The notes under the pieces: model-generated
What the model was told of the DNA's origin: nothing
Seen by the model: only the letters and a program-made list of their open reading frames with translations
The model's database searches: none
Position numbers and translations under genes: made by a program
Assembly (NCBI GenBank): GCA_036172245.1
Contig: JAYWIR010000031.1
Span: 682,001-746,000 of the forward strand
DNA length: 64,000 nt
Origin: Raillietiella orientalis
Lineage: Eukaryota
Reading direction: 5' to 3'
In this document: positions 40,508 through 50,800 of the stretch, piece after piece
Position numbering within the stretch: position 1 is the first letter of the stretch
Layout: every line of letters begins with the position of its first letter

Positions 40508-42047
40508 TTACAATATTCGTATAGCTGCAACCCGAGAGATACTTCCTCTTATCCATTGCATATATTGCACGGTGCTATCGACTTGGTCATTGTGATTTGC
40601 TTCTGGAAACATTAAAATCTCATACTCAGAATCATTGAGCCATATCGCCTGGTGCGGCAGAAAAACTTTTCCAGACTCTATAGTCGGGGCAATCTGGTAG
40701 AATCGAGCGAGTTTATCATCATGTGGTACTATTTCAACAACGTGCAAATCACTGCTTGTCTTCAGCTCTTGCACCAATTGCTGACCGCTTGTTTTGGCTT
40801 CGATTAAAATTGCGTGTGGTGCCCATCTTGCAGCCAGTGGCAGAACTTGCTCTTGAAGTTTTGGATACTCAAGCTTTGCACGATACACGTCGAGTAAATA
40901 GAATTTATTACCTACCTTTGCCCAGGTAGTGCCCACGCTAAAGTTGCTGGCGTTGCTGTTGAAACCGCAGTATCCCAGCTCTGGGTTACATGCGAGAGAT
41001 CATCAGGAAAATTTCTATAGCGCTTCAACCACTCTGGTTTGATTATACCACTTGAAAGCGGCAGAGGGTTTTGTTGATATTGAGCAGCAAAAGCATAACT
41101 CCCAAGTTCAGCCTTTATCGTCTCAACTCCTTCTCTTCCTCCATCTGTGGGATATCTTCTTCTCTTGAGTATAGCAGGTCCAGCACATGACGCTGGTTTA
41201 TTATGCACCCACCTAGTGTACCCATTTGCAGTTACTTGGACGACAGGAACAGGAGTTTTGATTGAACTTCCTTATTTTCAGAAATCATAGGTAAGCAAAT
41301 ATAGTGCCATATATTTTTTTGGCTTAGAGAGAAGGTGTCCGGTCAAGTCCTCCAGGTGGAGTCTGTTCATCACAGGAATAATTACTCCCTTTTTCCTGAG
41401 CCTGCTTACTAAAGTCCGGTCGAACCAGTTTGTAGCACGCTTTCTAAGCGTTTCGCTCAATGCTTGAGTGGAGCTCAGCGGATCATCCACAATGATGAAA
41501 TCACCGCCTTCACCGGTCAATGTCCCTCCAACAGATGTTGCAATTCTATATCCTCTCTGCACTGTTTGAAACTTATATTTATACCAACCTTTATTATTGG
41601 GAAGACAAATAGGACATATTACAAATTTCCTTATGCTCCCTAGTTATGCGCAAGGCAGCATCTTTTTAATTTGTCCTATTACCAGTGAAATTTGGTATTA
41701 GTATTTTGCTCTTTGGATAGTTCTACCTACGGAAATAACTCCTTATAGCAACTAGGCTGCATTATGCACCTTGTTTCGAGAGAGTGCTTTTCTCTAAGTC
41801 GCCGGGAATAGCTCGAGACTATTCTTCTCGCAGTTGGCGGATTTCCCAATATCCATGGGGGCCATGCAACCCTGAGGCACATGGACTTCATCGAGCGCGG
41901 AGGCACATTGAATATTACGCGCCTCACTTCACCGGCACTTGCCGCTTCTGGCCTGTCTGCCACGACTCTCATATATTGATGGTCGTTATACCCACCCTCC
42001 GGCATCACCGTTTTAAAGCATAACTCAATGAATTTCAAAAAGTTTAT
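40508..42047 (-). pseudogene. Phage/GTA-type terminase large subunit pseudogene
   Basis: NVPPRSMKS (Walker A region), GGTLTGEGGDFIIVDDP (Walker B region), AQYQQNP, QSWDTA, ILIEAKTSG, HNDQVDS; premature TAG at 41727-41729, several frameshifts and a MITE insertion. Confidence 0.9.
41582..41697. mobile_element. 116-bp MITE inside the terminase
   Basis: TACCAA...TTGGTA ends flanked by TTA on both sides; imperfect ~29-bp TIRs; removing it with one TTA restores EQNTKYKFQTVQRG. Confidence 0.8.
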
Positions 42048-42064
42048 ATTTTCCGTATTAGTCT

Positions 42065-42117
42065 CCTGCCACTCCAGTATCTCTTTTTCTTGCCATTCCG
42101 GTGCTTGACACTGGAAT
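42065..42117. repeat. Wolbachia palindromic repeat abutting the IS left end
   Basis: tgccattccggtgcttgacactggaat matches the TGTCATCCCAGTGCTTGACACTGGGAT repeat type. Confidence 0.7.
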
Positions 42118-42969
42118 GGGTTTGTTGCATGGCAACTAAAAAACCTAGCGGTTACTGACAAAATTCATTATAAAGTGGCCATTTAACTACTAAAGAAAAA
42201 ATATGCCACAGAAAATGTGAAAGTCAGTAATCGACAAGAATATAACAAATTTCTCCAGGAAAGAGGAAATACTTTTCACTGCATTAATCAGGCTATCGAA
42301 AATTGGTACGGCAGTAATCCAAAAATACAAGGTGGTAACTACATTTATAGAGATAAAGTCGTGATTTCAGTGCAAATAATCGCCAATCTCTTTAGAATTG
42401 GATTGAGACAAACAGCCGGATTTATACAAGGATATTTGCAGCAAATAGGAAAAAATTTGGCAGTCATTAGCTATTCACAAGCTTCAAGGAGATCTAACAA
42501 ACTTAATATCAATGATTGTAGAGCTGACAAAAGCAACATGGAAGATATCGAAATTGCCATAGACAGCACAAGTATCAGCATTTATAACGACACTCCTGGC
42601 CACAGCAAGGAAAATAGCGAAGATAGAAAGTATCGCGGTTATGAGCAGGTAAGGAGGCTGAGTGTAATGTTGAACATAAATGATGAAAAAGTTATAGCTG
42701 CAAAATACAGTGACGGCGTCTACTCTGATCACTATGGAGCTTGCGATTTGCTTGAACTCTCAGCACACCATAAAAGCACTATATGCAGATAGGGCATACG
42801 ACAGGCACAAACTTTATAAATTGTGTAAGGAATATGATATCAAGACAAAAGTTCTACCAAAAAATGGTGCGGCAGAGCATCCGAAAACAGAGAGTATGTC
42901 TGACAGGAATGCTGCTATTAGGTTAATAAAGATATACGGCGAAGATGGTGTGAAAGAGTGGGAAAAGAG
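42118..42969 (+). mobile_element. IS5-family (IS903-group-like) insertion sequence, 3'-truncated, pseudogenised transposase
   Basis: Left end GGGTTTGTTGCAT; ATG at 42203 (MPQKM) then frameshift; YNKFLQERG, IGLRQT.GF, AIDST.I, YADRAYD; ends at EWEKR before the C-terminal catalytic region and right IR. Confidence 0.88.
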
Positions 42970-43086
42970 ACTCTAACCATAAGCCGATAGTGGATGGGCG
43001 CACTGTTTGCGCAAATTGCGCTGGAAACGCGATAAGGAGCTAAAGCTACTCCAATCTTATACGAAACATAGAATGACGCTGACGTG

Positions 43087-43958
43087 CGTCTCTGGGGTTG
43101 CCTTCGGGGATCCGTAGGGTCGCGGCAAAGCGTATCCACATGGGACGGAGGGCAACACAATCCACGAGCAGGTGCAAGAAGGACTCTCTTTCTTCGCGCC
43201 TTCTGCAGCTGGAGCTCGCACTTCCCTGGGTCCAGTGGTGTTGGTAGGCGCTTGCAAGGGAGACCCCGGTGCAACAGCAGGGTCGCCTACCCCTGCCACT
43301 GTAGGTAAATGCTCCAGCAAGCTGGGGACCACTGTACTCCCTCCGGAGGAATTTCTAACAGCTCTCCCCAGTCCTCTTAGTAAATCACTCGGGATCGTGG
43401 TGTCCACCAGCTCCCGAGTTGTCCATGGGTTACGCTTGGTAGGGAACCTTCACCCTGGTTGTTTCTGGAGGGACTCCCAGTTTGTAGGGCTTCTCCTGAA
43501 TTTCTTCTTTGTTAGGAACCTGCGAAGGAATCTCTCTCCTTGTTCCCTCCTCTCCTGAAGAGAACCTCGAAGGGATACTTTCCAACTTCTCCGAAGGGAG
43601 TCGCGCGCTTCTTAGAACTCGGGGAAGGAGGCTACCCCCGAAAAGAGGATATCAACCAGTTTCGTGATACGCGATGGACGGTTCCATTTTCGCAACCGGA
43701 GGGAGGAACTCCGAAGGGTTCCTTGATGTTCTGAAGGGGACCCCGGAAGGTGGTCTTCCAATCCCGGCCAGCCAATGGCGCATCCGATAGTTCCTGGAAT
43801 CCTTCAGCGCCACACCCGAGTAGGCCAACCAGCGCCATCCTGCGGGGAGAAATTGAAACGGAGGACGTATCCCCCATTTCTCGGTGTCATCCTTCCCCGG
43901 ACGGGATTCGAACCTGCAGGGCTTGGAGCCGCGCGCAGAAACCGCAGCCACGTGGCCT
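43087..43958 (-). mobile_element. 5' half of the split element: tRNA-like head, 5' block, ORF2 C-terminal piece
   Basis: Perfect B-box GGTTCGAATCC (43904-43914, minus) and A-box-like TGGCTGCGGT; 43087-43430 aligns with 48314 onward and with 11669 onward. Confidence 0.8.
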
Positions 43959-45089
43959 GGGAACTCCGTTCCCAGATGGTTTGTTCTTTTTTGAAGATGA
44001 ACGTCCTGGAGCAACCGGGTGATAAAGAGCCACACGCCTCTAACGCGGGCATTCATTCAGCAAATCACATTGCTAATGCACGGAATGCACAGAGTCTCTG
44101 TTCCATTAAGAGGGAGTGAAGACAGAGATCTTTGCGGAAAGAATAAAATGAGCCGGACGAGCAGAGACTCTCAGTGGTCGCTCCCTAGCGTGTGAGTGCC
44201 GCTCATGAACAAACGGCGCGATCGCAGACAAGATGAATGCAGAAACCATTCCATTCGTCATTAATTGCTCGAATTATGTAAGATGCTTCCTGATCTCGAT
44301 CTGCTGGATTCCCAATCGTCCGGGATGAAAAAGCATCCCTGCTTTTCCATTTTTCTCTCCCCCCATGCACGTCAGCTTGGAAGGAATTTATAGGCGCTGC
44401 AGCATGACGGTTCGCAATGGCAACCACGCTACTGAGGTCCCCACTGAGGTTTCCGTCTTTGCTATGAGGAATCATCCTGAGAGGCATCCCACGTGGGCCC
44501 GGTGCAAAAGTGATTCCTAGGCAGCCGGGAAGATTCTCAGATTCTATGGAATAAGGGATTTGAATCGCAGGGATACTTGAATCTACAAGGGGAGGTGCGG
44601 TCGAGGACAGGACGATTTTGTGGGCCGCTCACTCGAGGGTTCCTTGGGCTCACGTCGAAGAGGAACCAAGCACGGCCCTTCTCCTCACCCTTTGAGGATG
44701 CAATCACTGCGGAAAGGAAGCTGCACAACGCTCATTATCCATCCGAGCCCGGGGTAACGCAGCCGGAACGTCTATTTAATTAAACAAATAATTACGCAAT
44801 AAATTCACTTTAGGAAGGCACGCAGTGTGTTCGGCTGCTGCCATGCCAAGGGCACAGCGGTCAGGAGATATGATGGGCGGAAGGCTAATAAATGCGTACA
44901 GTGCTGCGGCATTGTGCTTACTCCTCCACTTCCAGCTAGGACCAGCGAGCTCCATTAACGAAAATGCAGTGATCACGCGTCGTGGCCTCAGTGGGTCATG
45001 ATTCAGCCGTTTGCACGCAGCTGATGCACGTGGTGGGTAGCCGCTCGTGGTGCTCTGCGTTCGGACCAAGGAGGAAGTGCAGTCGCCGC

Positions 45090-46015
45090 CGCCACCGGTC
45101 CCGCGCCGCCTTGCTTTTGTGGTGGTGGCACTTCGTCGCTTTGCCTACAGGCTGCGAAGGTAAGGACCTTCGCAGCCTGCTCGCCCAACCCTTGCAGGAA
45201 TGTAGGGATCTGCGTCCGGGAGTCCGAGAACGACTGCTTCTGCAGATGCACCTCGATGTTTGTCGGAGAGTATTGCGAACACCTGAACCCTTGCTATAGA
45301 CCCAAGTGCCAAAACGGAGGGACATGCGACGTCCTCTTGCCCCCGAGTTCTCAGCCGCGATTCTCCTGCTCCTGCCTTCTGGGGTATGGAGCGTCTCTGT
45401 GTGGAATGTGGGTTCCCAGTGCCTGTGATTCAAGTCCCTGCCTGAACGGGGGCTCCTGAACACCGGTGGAAATCAGCATGTTCTTGTGCTCCCGCTCTAC
45501 CGTCTACCGAGGAGATTTCCGCGAGCTGCGCGACCTCTGCGCGTCCCACCCGTGCCGGAACGGAGCGACGTGCCATTCCTCCTGGAACAACTACACATGC
45601 ACGCGCACGAGTCAGTTCACTACAGATGCCGCAGGAGGACCCTCTCTTGCATATGCGTCAATTGCTGAACGGATTAGGACTGCGGAGGAAACGTCCACGA
45701 CTGCACCCGCGCCGCCTGCTTCAACGGAGCGACCTGCAAGGGCAGCTTCCACTGCTGGTGCGCTTCGGGGCTTTGCCATCCGGATGATGCCTGCGCCTCG
45801 AACCCTTACCAAGAGGGCACCACGTGCGGCCAAACCCCGCTGACGGGGGGCATCTATGCTCCCGCCTTGGAAGGTACAAGGGTGCTGATTGAGCCGAAGA
45901 CGCAGAAGAATGCATCGAAGGGTCGCTGTGCGAACACGACAGCGTCTGCGCGAACACTCCCTGGTCGTTCCTCTGCAATTGCAGCAGAGGTTTCACCGAT
46001 CTACTCTGCGAAATC
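45090..46015 (+). pseudogene. N: Intronless Notch 5' fragment (signal-peptide-like segment, EGF1-4 joined to EGF8-11)
   Basis: CSPNPCRN...FVGEYCEHLNPC..CQNGGTC...VPSACDSSPCLNGG...LCASHPCRNGATC, then CICVN...AACFNGATC...CHPDDACASNP...YKGAD...EC.EGSLCEH..VCANTP.SF.CNCSRGFT; matches arthropod Notch repeat order; stops, lost Cys, deletions. Confidence 0.88.
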
Positions 46016-46019
46016 GGCT

Positions 46020-46400
46020 TCGCTGGTTGCGCTGCCGGAGTTTCAGCAGATAACTAGAAAGTCTTTGCACCGCGGAAGAAGGGCAGAGCCGCACAGAGTT
46101 CCTGTCACTCCAAACGCGATGGCCTCCCGGTCGCGCTTGGAAGCACCAGCGCAGAAGTCTTCTAGAGCTGTTGCCCAGCAGGCTTCCACATCCTCTCTGG
46201 GTCCCTGGACACTCCAGAGACACATGCAGCAGGGATTTCCCGTTTCTCCCAACGAATTCAAAGCTGGGATGCCGCCTCTTCCGACCTCGTGGAACGATGC
46301 ATCCACTTATTATCCTCTTGGATTCCCTGCTCCGTCAATCAGCAAGCTTTTCCATCGGATAGCAAGACCAGAAGAGCAGCAGGACGAGGACTTCAGCTGA
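46020..46400 (+). mobile_element. L1/Tx1-type reverse transcriptase remnant
   Basis: RKSLHR (KAFDR-like), QQGFPVSPNEFKAGMPPL (QGxPLSPxLFxxxMxPL) and WNDAST (YADD-like) in order. Confidence 0.5.
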
Positions 46401-47694
46401 ATCTCGGAGGCTCGCAACGGATTTGGCATTCGAAGTTTGGAGGCTGTCTCTGAGGGTTGAACGACCGAACGGTGCTCCTCCTCGGCACATCCCCATAGTG
46501 ATTTCGTGTTTTTCGTTTTCTTCTTCATTCCCATCTCAGTATGGCATCTACTTCTGAGGCTGGAGTCTGCGGGGCTTAGGGCTATATCCGTGGTGCATCT
46601 AATTCTGTCGCTGGGTGGTTCTTGCTCGGATCAATTTGCGTTGCTCGGGAAAAGACCTCGTTCAAAAATCTTTATGCGGTGGCTCCGTCCAATTGCCATT
46701 GCTGGAAGACTATCTTACTACTATCGTGTCTGGCAAGACAGTCCGCTTCACGCGCTGTATATACAGAATTTCCATTGATTTTCTGCGTACAGAATTGAAA
46801 TCATGTTTAAATCATTAAGGAGTAATTTTTCAGAGTCTTCGAGTCTGAAAGAAAGAGAGAAACAAGATTCTACTTGGTTTCCTTGTACTACTCGTAGGAT
46901 TGTGGTTCCATCACTATGCTGGAAAGATAGATGTGACCATCGGCCTGAAGAGTACGAGAAAGAAAGGGAATGAAATAGTTCAAGAATGGCATTAGAGATG
47001 AAACACGAACGACATGACATGGTGAACCACGTATCACATCAGACCACCTAAAGGATCGGTTGCTTACAATATTGAAGCATTGGAAGGCAATGCTTCTCTT
47101 GGCTTATTCTTTACCTCTGCTTATTGCCGCTTTTATCCCCTCTTAGAGCGGCCACACAAGCGTGGAAATTCTGAAAGCTACTCATGAGCAAAACTCCTCT
47201 TGATCTCTTCGTATCCCCAAATGGAGACGCCTCTAAGAAAAAAGAAACTCTGAGCGCTTTTCCAAGAGCTCTTCGACTTCACTTTCAGCTGACTTCCAGC
47301 TCTGCTGCCCAGAAGGGGTTTCAGTGGAAGGCGAAAGGTCTCTTCCTCGTAAATCAGGCTATCAACTCAGCAGGAGATTCTTTTAGAATACGGAAGGAAG
47401 CGCAGTCATGATGCATCGAAAATTTGGATTTTCCAAAGATTTCCGGGTGCCTGGAAAGCTCTCGCACTCAACCTACAAAATGCTGTGATCTGGTTCTCAC
47501 ATAATGTTTTTCTTTCTTACCCATCGTGGAACCGTTTAAAGCCAACATCGAATTCAATATTTCCAAAGCACATCCAGAAGATCCCTTCAGTGCACTTTTT
47601 TTTCCCCCTCTCCCGTGATTATTAAGTGCCATTTTCTCCATCTTTTTTTCACATCTTTTTCCAAAGAAACCAGCAGCCACACACCTGCGTTGGC

Positions 47695-47795
47695 GGTCGC
47701 GTGGCTACAGTCTCCGTGGGTGGTAACAAACGTTGCGGACTCGAATCCCACGCGGGGAAGGATCCATGCCGATAAAGGGATGCGTCGTGGATCTC
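47695..47795 (+). repeat. Isolated tRNA-like head of the Tx1-associated family
   Basis: ggtcgcgtggctac...ggactcgaatcccacgcggggaaggat aligns with the 43958 head. Confidence 0.6.
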
Positions 47796-47842
47796 TCTGC
47801 AAGAGTTCCCTCTGAAAGATAGCGCTGGTCGATCCTTACATT

Positions 47843-49030
47843 GGTTGACACCCGGTCACGCTGGGAAAGTTATTTATAAAATAAACATACATGTTTGTGG
47901 CAGGACGTTTGCTCCTGCCATCTTACTTATAACGACGAGACGGAACCTGCCGGGAACTGGCACGCAGGCCAGCGAGGTTCGCATCGGCAGCACTGGGGAA
48001 AAGCAGAGAAATAAAAATAAAAAATTAAAACAAAAAAACAGAAAATAGGTTGGGGGATTCGAGAAGGGATCACTGCGCGCTGAAGGTTGTCCTCTGCATC
48101 CCTATAAGGATGCCAGCAATTTCCTGTTTCAAGAATCCCAGATGAGGCCATCTTGACGTTCTCATGAAAAGATCAGCAAAATATTTGACGTCCATGTTGT
48201 CTTGACCTCGTCTAGCATTGCTCCACGCAGCCCCGGTTCCGCCGCGTAGGCGGCCAAGTGCTGCTGGGGATGAGGCCGGCGTGAGGGCGTCGCGAAGGAA
48301 GAGGCGTTTTCAAACGTCTCTGGCGTTGCTACCGGGGATCCAAAGGGTCGCGGCGAAGCCTTCCCAAAAAGACCGGAGGGCAACACAGTCCACTAGAAGG
48401 TGCGTAAGGGATTCTTTCTCCCTGTACCTTGCACAGATCCACACACACCCGTGTCCAATGATGCTGACCGACATTGCACGGGAGGCCCCAATGCAACAGC
48501 ATCAACGCCGACTCCTGCCACTTCAAGGGGAGGACACGGGTATTCATAAGCACCGGAGAGCACTGCAGGTCTTCCTCCGGAATACACAGCAGCACGCCCC
48601 AGCGCAAAAGTCCACGAGGTCGAGCCCTCGGAGTCGCAGCGTCGGTGAGCTGACCCGTCGTCCACTCGCCATGTCCTTTCCTCCTTCCGGAGTTTTCCAC
48701 AGTAACCTCCCTTCAAGTCGTAAGGCCGCTGCTACCCATATGCTCCCTAAGGGAGTGCAGCACGGTGGCGAGGGAGATTCTGCTTGTCCACGCACTCTGT
48801 TTGCGGGATCTTCCAGGATCTCCCGGAGCGTGCAGCTGTTGTTGGTGCGCGCGTACAGGAAACGTCGCAACTGTCCTTCCGCGCTTGGCTCCTGGATCCT
48901 CGCCCAAGTGCGAACGGTTCCCTGAAACCAGGTGCTATTGTACGCGGGGCAGCACGAAATCCATCCGTTTTTCCGGACCAGGGTGGTCACCTGCCGCAGG
49001 TGCAGTTCGCAGTGGATGAGGCTGGGAGAC
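47843..49030 (-). mobile_element. Tx1-like LINE 3' fragment (uninterrupted reference copy)
   Basis: LLHWGLPC...CAR..EKESLTHLLVDC...RWPHLG, T-rich tail, terminal hairpin motif at 47843-47875. Confidence 0.8.
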
Positions 49031-49044
49031 TCATCCACTGCGGA

Positions 49045-49600
49045 CTAATGATAACTATAGGTCATCGTACATGTGGTATGGTAGCTCCTGATTGCTTCCA
49101 TCTCCGAGTGCTTCTTACTACAGGATGGGCTGTAGTTCATTGCATCACCTCACAAGCCGCTTGTTTACAAGAGACGCACGTAGCCAATGCAATGAAACCT
49201 GAACGAAGCATCCTGCATAGACCTTAAGTCCCTGTGGATGAATCCTGCTTGATTGAAAAATTCCTTTCCGAAGTCCGCACCTGCAAGTCCAGTCTTTGAA
49301 TCTTCCAATAAAAAGATTAAAATTGAAAAAGCCCAAAGTGCTTGAATTGGAAATTATTTCTAAAAATTTCCTTCTAGAAAGTTCTCTGTGAAATGCAAGC
49401 TCCATCCTTTTTTCGTTTAGCTCATTGGTAACTCCAACGGACGGGATTGCACTTGATACAGAAATCTCTACAGGATTTCGCGATCTGTCGTGAGGCATTC
49501 CTAGTAGAAGGATGCTGTTAAGCAAGCACTGATTGTTCTCTGACACCATTCGATTCCAGGAAAGCCATTGTACAGAATTTGGCTTATCTGGAATGAGGAA
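49045..49600 (+). mobile_element. APE endonuclease remnant of a LINE ORF2
   Basis: MITIG...ACLQETH; later IGNSN (GDFN-like) and FSDT (SDH-like). Confidence 0.55.
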
Positions 49601-49799
49601 GTCGAAGATTATCCGTTGGCGAGACCCATGAAGACTGCAACTGATACTACGCTCTATGCTTGCATCTCTTGTGTGAGATAAACGCGTAAATCGAGGAGGA
49701 AGAAAAGCTTCCTTCCTAACCTTCCTAACCTTTAGATATTTCCTGCTTTCAGGAACGATTGAAACCATACAGAAAACAGGGAGGCATCTCAGAGGGAAT

Positions 49800-50403
49800 T
49801 TCGAAACCATTCAGGAACTGTGCCAGGTGCGGGGAGCATGAATCCCTCCCCCATTTGCTTGTGGATTGTATTGGTCTCCGGTCCCTCTGGGAACGCTTTG
49901 CCTCAACCCTAAAAACTCCCGGCGGCAACTCCAGGTACGCTTTGCGACCCCTCCTCCTACGCAACGCACCCTTCGGCCGGCAGCCTCACAGAATCCCGCG
50001 TAGACAGCAGAGAGCTGCTGTCTACGCGGGATTGTAGCTGCCTGGAGAGACAGGAATGCCATCCACTTCTGCGTCCACTTCATGAGTATGGCTACCTGGG
50101 AAACAACAGTCAGCAAGAATTTACCAGCATCCTCCAAAACATGCAGAGGACTGCCCCCAGCAGAACGTGATCCTTTCCCGCAACCCTCCGAAGTTTATTT
50201 ATTTTTATTCTGTTGCTTTTCTTTTTTTGTTTGTCCCCTCTCCTCTGCTGCCGCGGTGAGACTTGCCGGTCTGCGAACCAATAACATAGCAGATTAAATC
50301 TGAAAGAGATGTGGCTGGACTACCGGTCTGACCATAGAGATCGTAAATATTTTATTTTATCTTATATATGAAATAAGCGCCCCGGTGCACCCAGATGACA
50401 ATC
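49800..50403 (+). mobile_element. Tx1-like LINE 3' fragment
   Basis: CARCGEHESLPHLLVDC; tail and terminal motif at 50371-50403. Confidence 0.8.
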
Positions 50404-50657
50404 GAAACCGTTCAGGAAACTCATTACACAAAAAAAAGGGAATAAAGGTTGCTGAAGTTTAACATCTTGCTCTCGTTCTTCTACACTATCCAGGAAATCA
50501 GAGATCTCGTATTGGATTGGACGGAAGATGTTTCATCATCAGCTTCATAAAAATAGGAAGCGATGCTGGCCAGCTGATGAATTCTCGAAGCGAACTGCGA
50601 CTAACTCTCGAAACTAACTCTGCGACTCTCGAAACTAACAGCGACTGCAAGGAAGAA

Positions 50658-50800
50658 ATGGGAACCCTGGAACACTATGATAACGATGAAGAGGAACGCG
50701 ATGAGATTAAGAACTGGATCCTGGGATTCGCACAAACATCTCAGATCTTGGAGGAGAAGAAAGCCAAAACGAAGCTCCTTTACAGAAACGCCTCGAGCTG
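50658..50800 (+). mobile_element. Possible Gypsy-type gag N-terminal remnant
   Basis: MGTLEHYD..EE.DEIKNWI..F...QILEEKK...LL resembles GxLxxF..ExWxxY..R..F..NxI.DxKK..LL. Confidence 0.25.

Larger units (their letters stand above)
40000..43086. other. Wolbachia-like bacterial DNA inserted in a host chromosome (nuwt)
   Basis: Abrupt AT-rich segment with alphaproteobacterial gene remnants, Wolbachia-type palindromic repeats and a Wolbachia-type IS5; host LINE halves on both sides. Confidence 0.88.

Noticed and set aside
40000..43086. Active prophage, or whole window bacterial
   Set aside because: Only three broken bacterial genes; the flanks are eukaryotic TEs and a Notch relic.
40000..43086. 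Insert delivered by a GTA particle or by the IS
   Set aside because: Carrying a terminase gene says nothing about delivery; the IS is internal and lacks its right end.
43880..43958. Functional tRNA genes at the B-box sites
   Set aside because: No convincing cloverleaf or acceptor stem; copies are divergent and fused to repeat bodies.
45090..46015. Functional Notch exon
   Set aside because: In-frame stops, frameshifts and many lost cysteines.
48218..49810. 235-aa and 221-aa ORFs
   Set aside because: Antisense to the LINE C-terminal and APE remnants; no motifs of their own.
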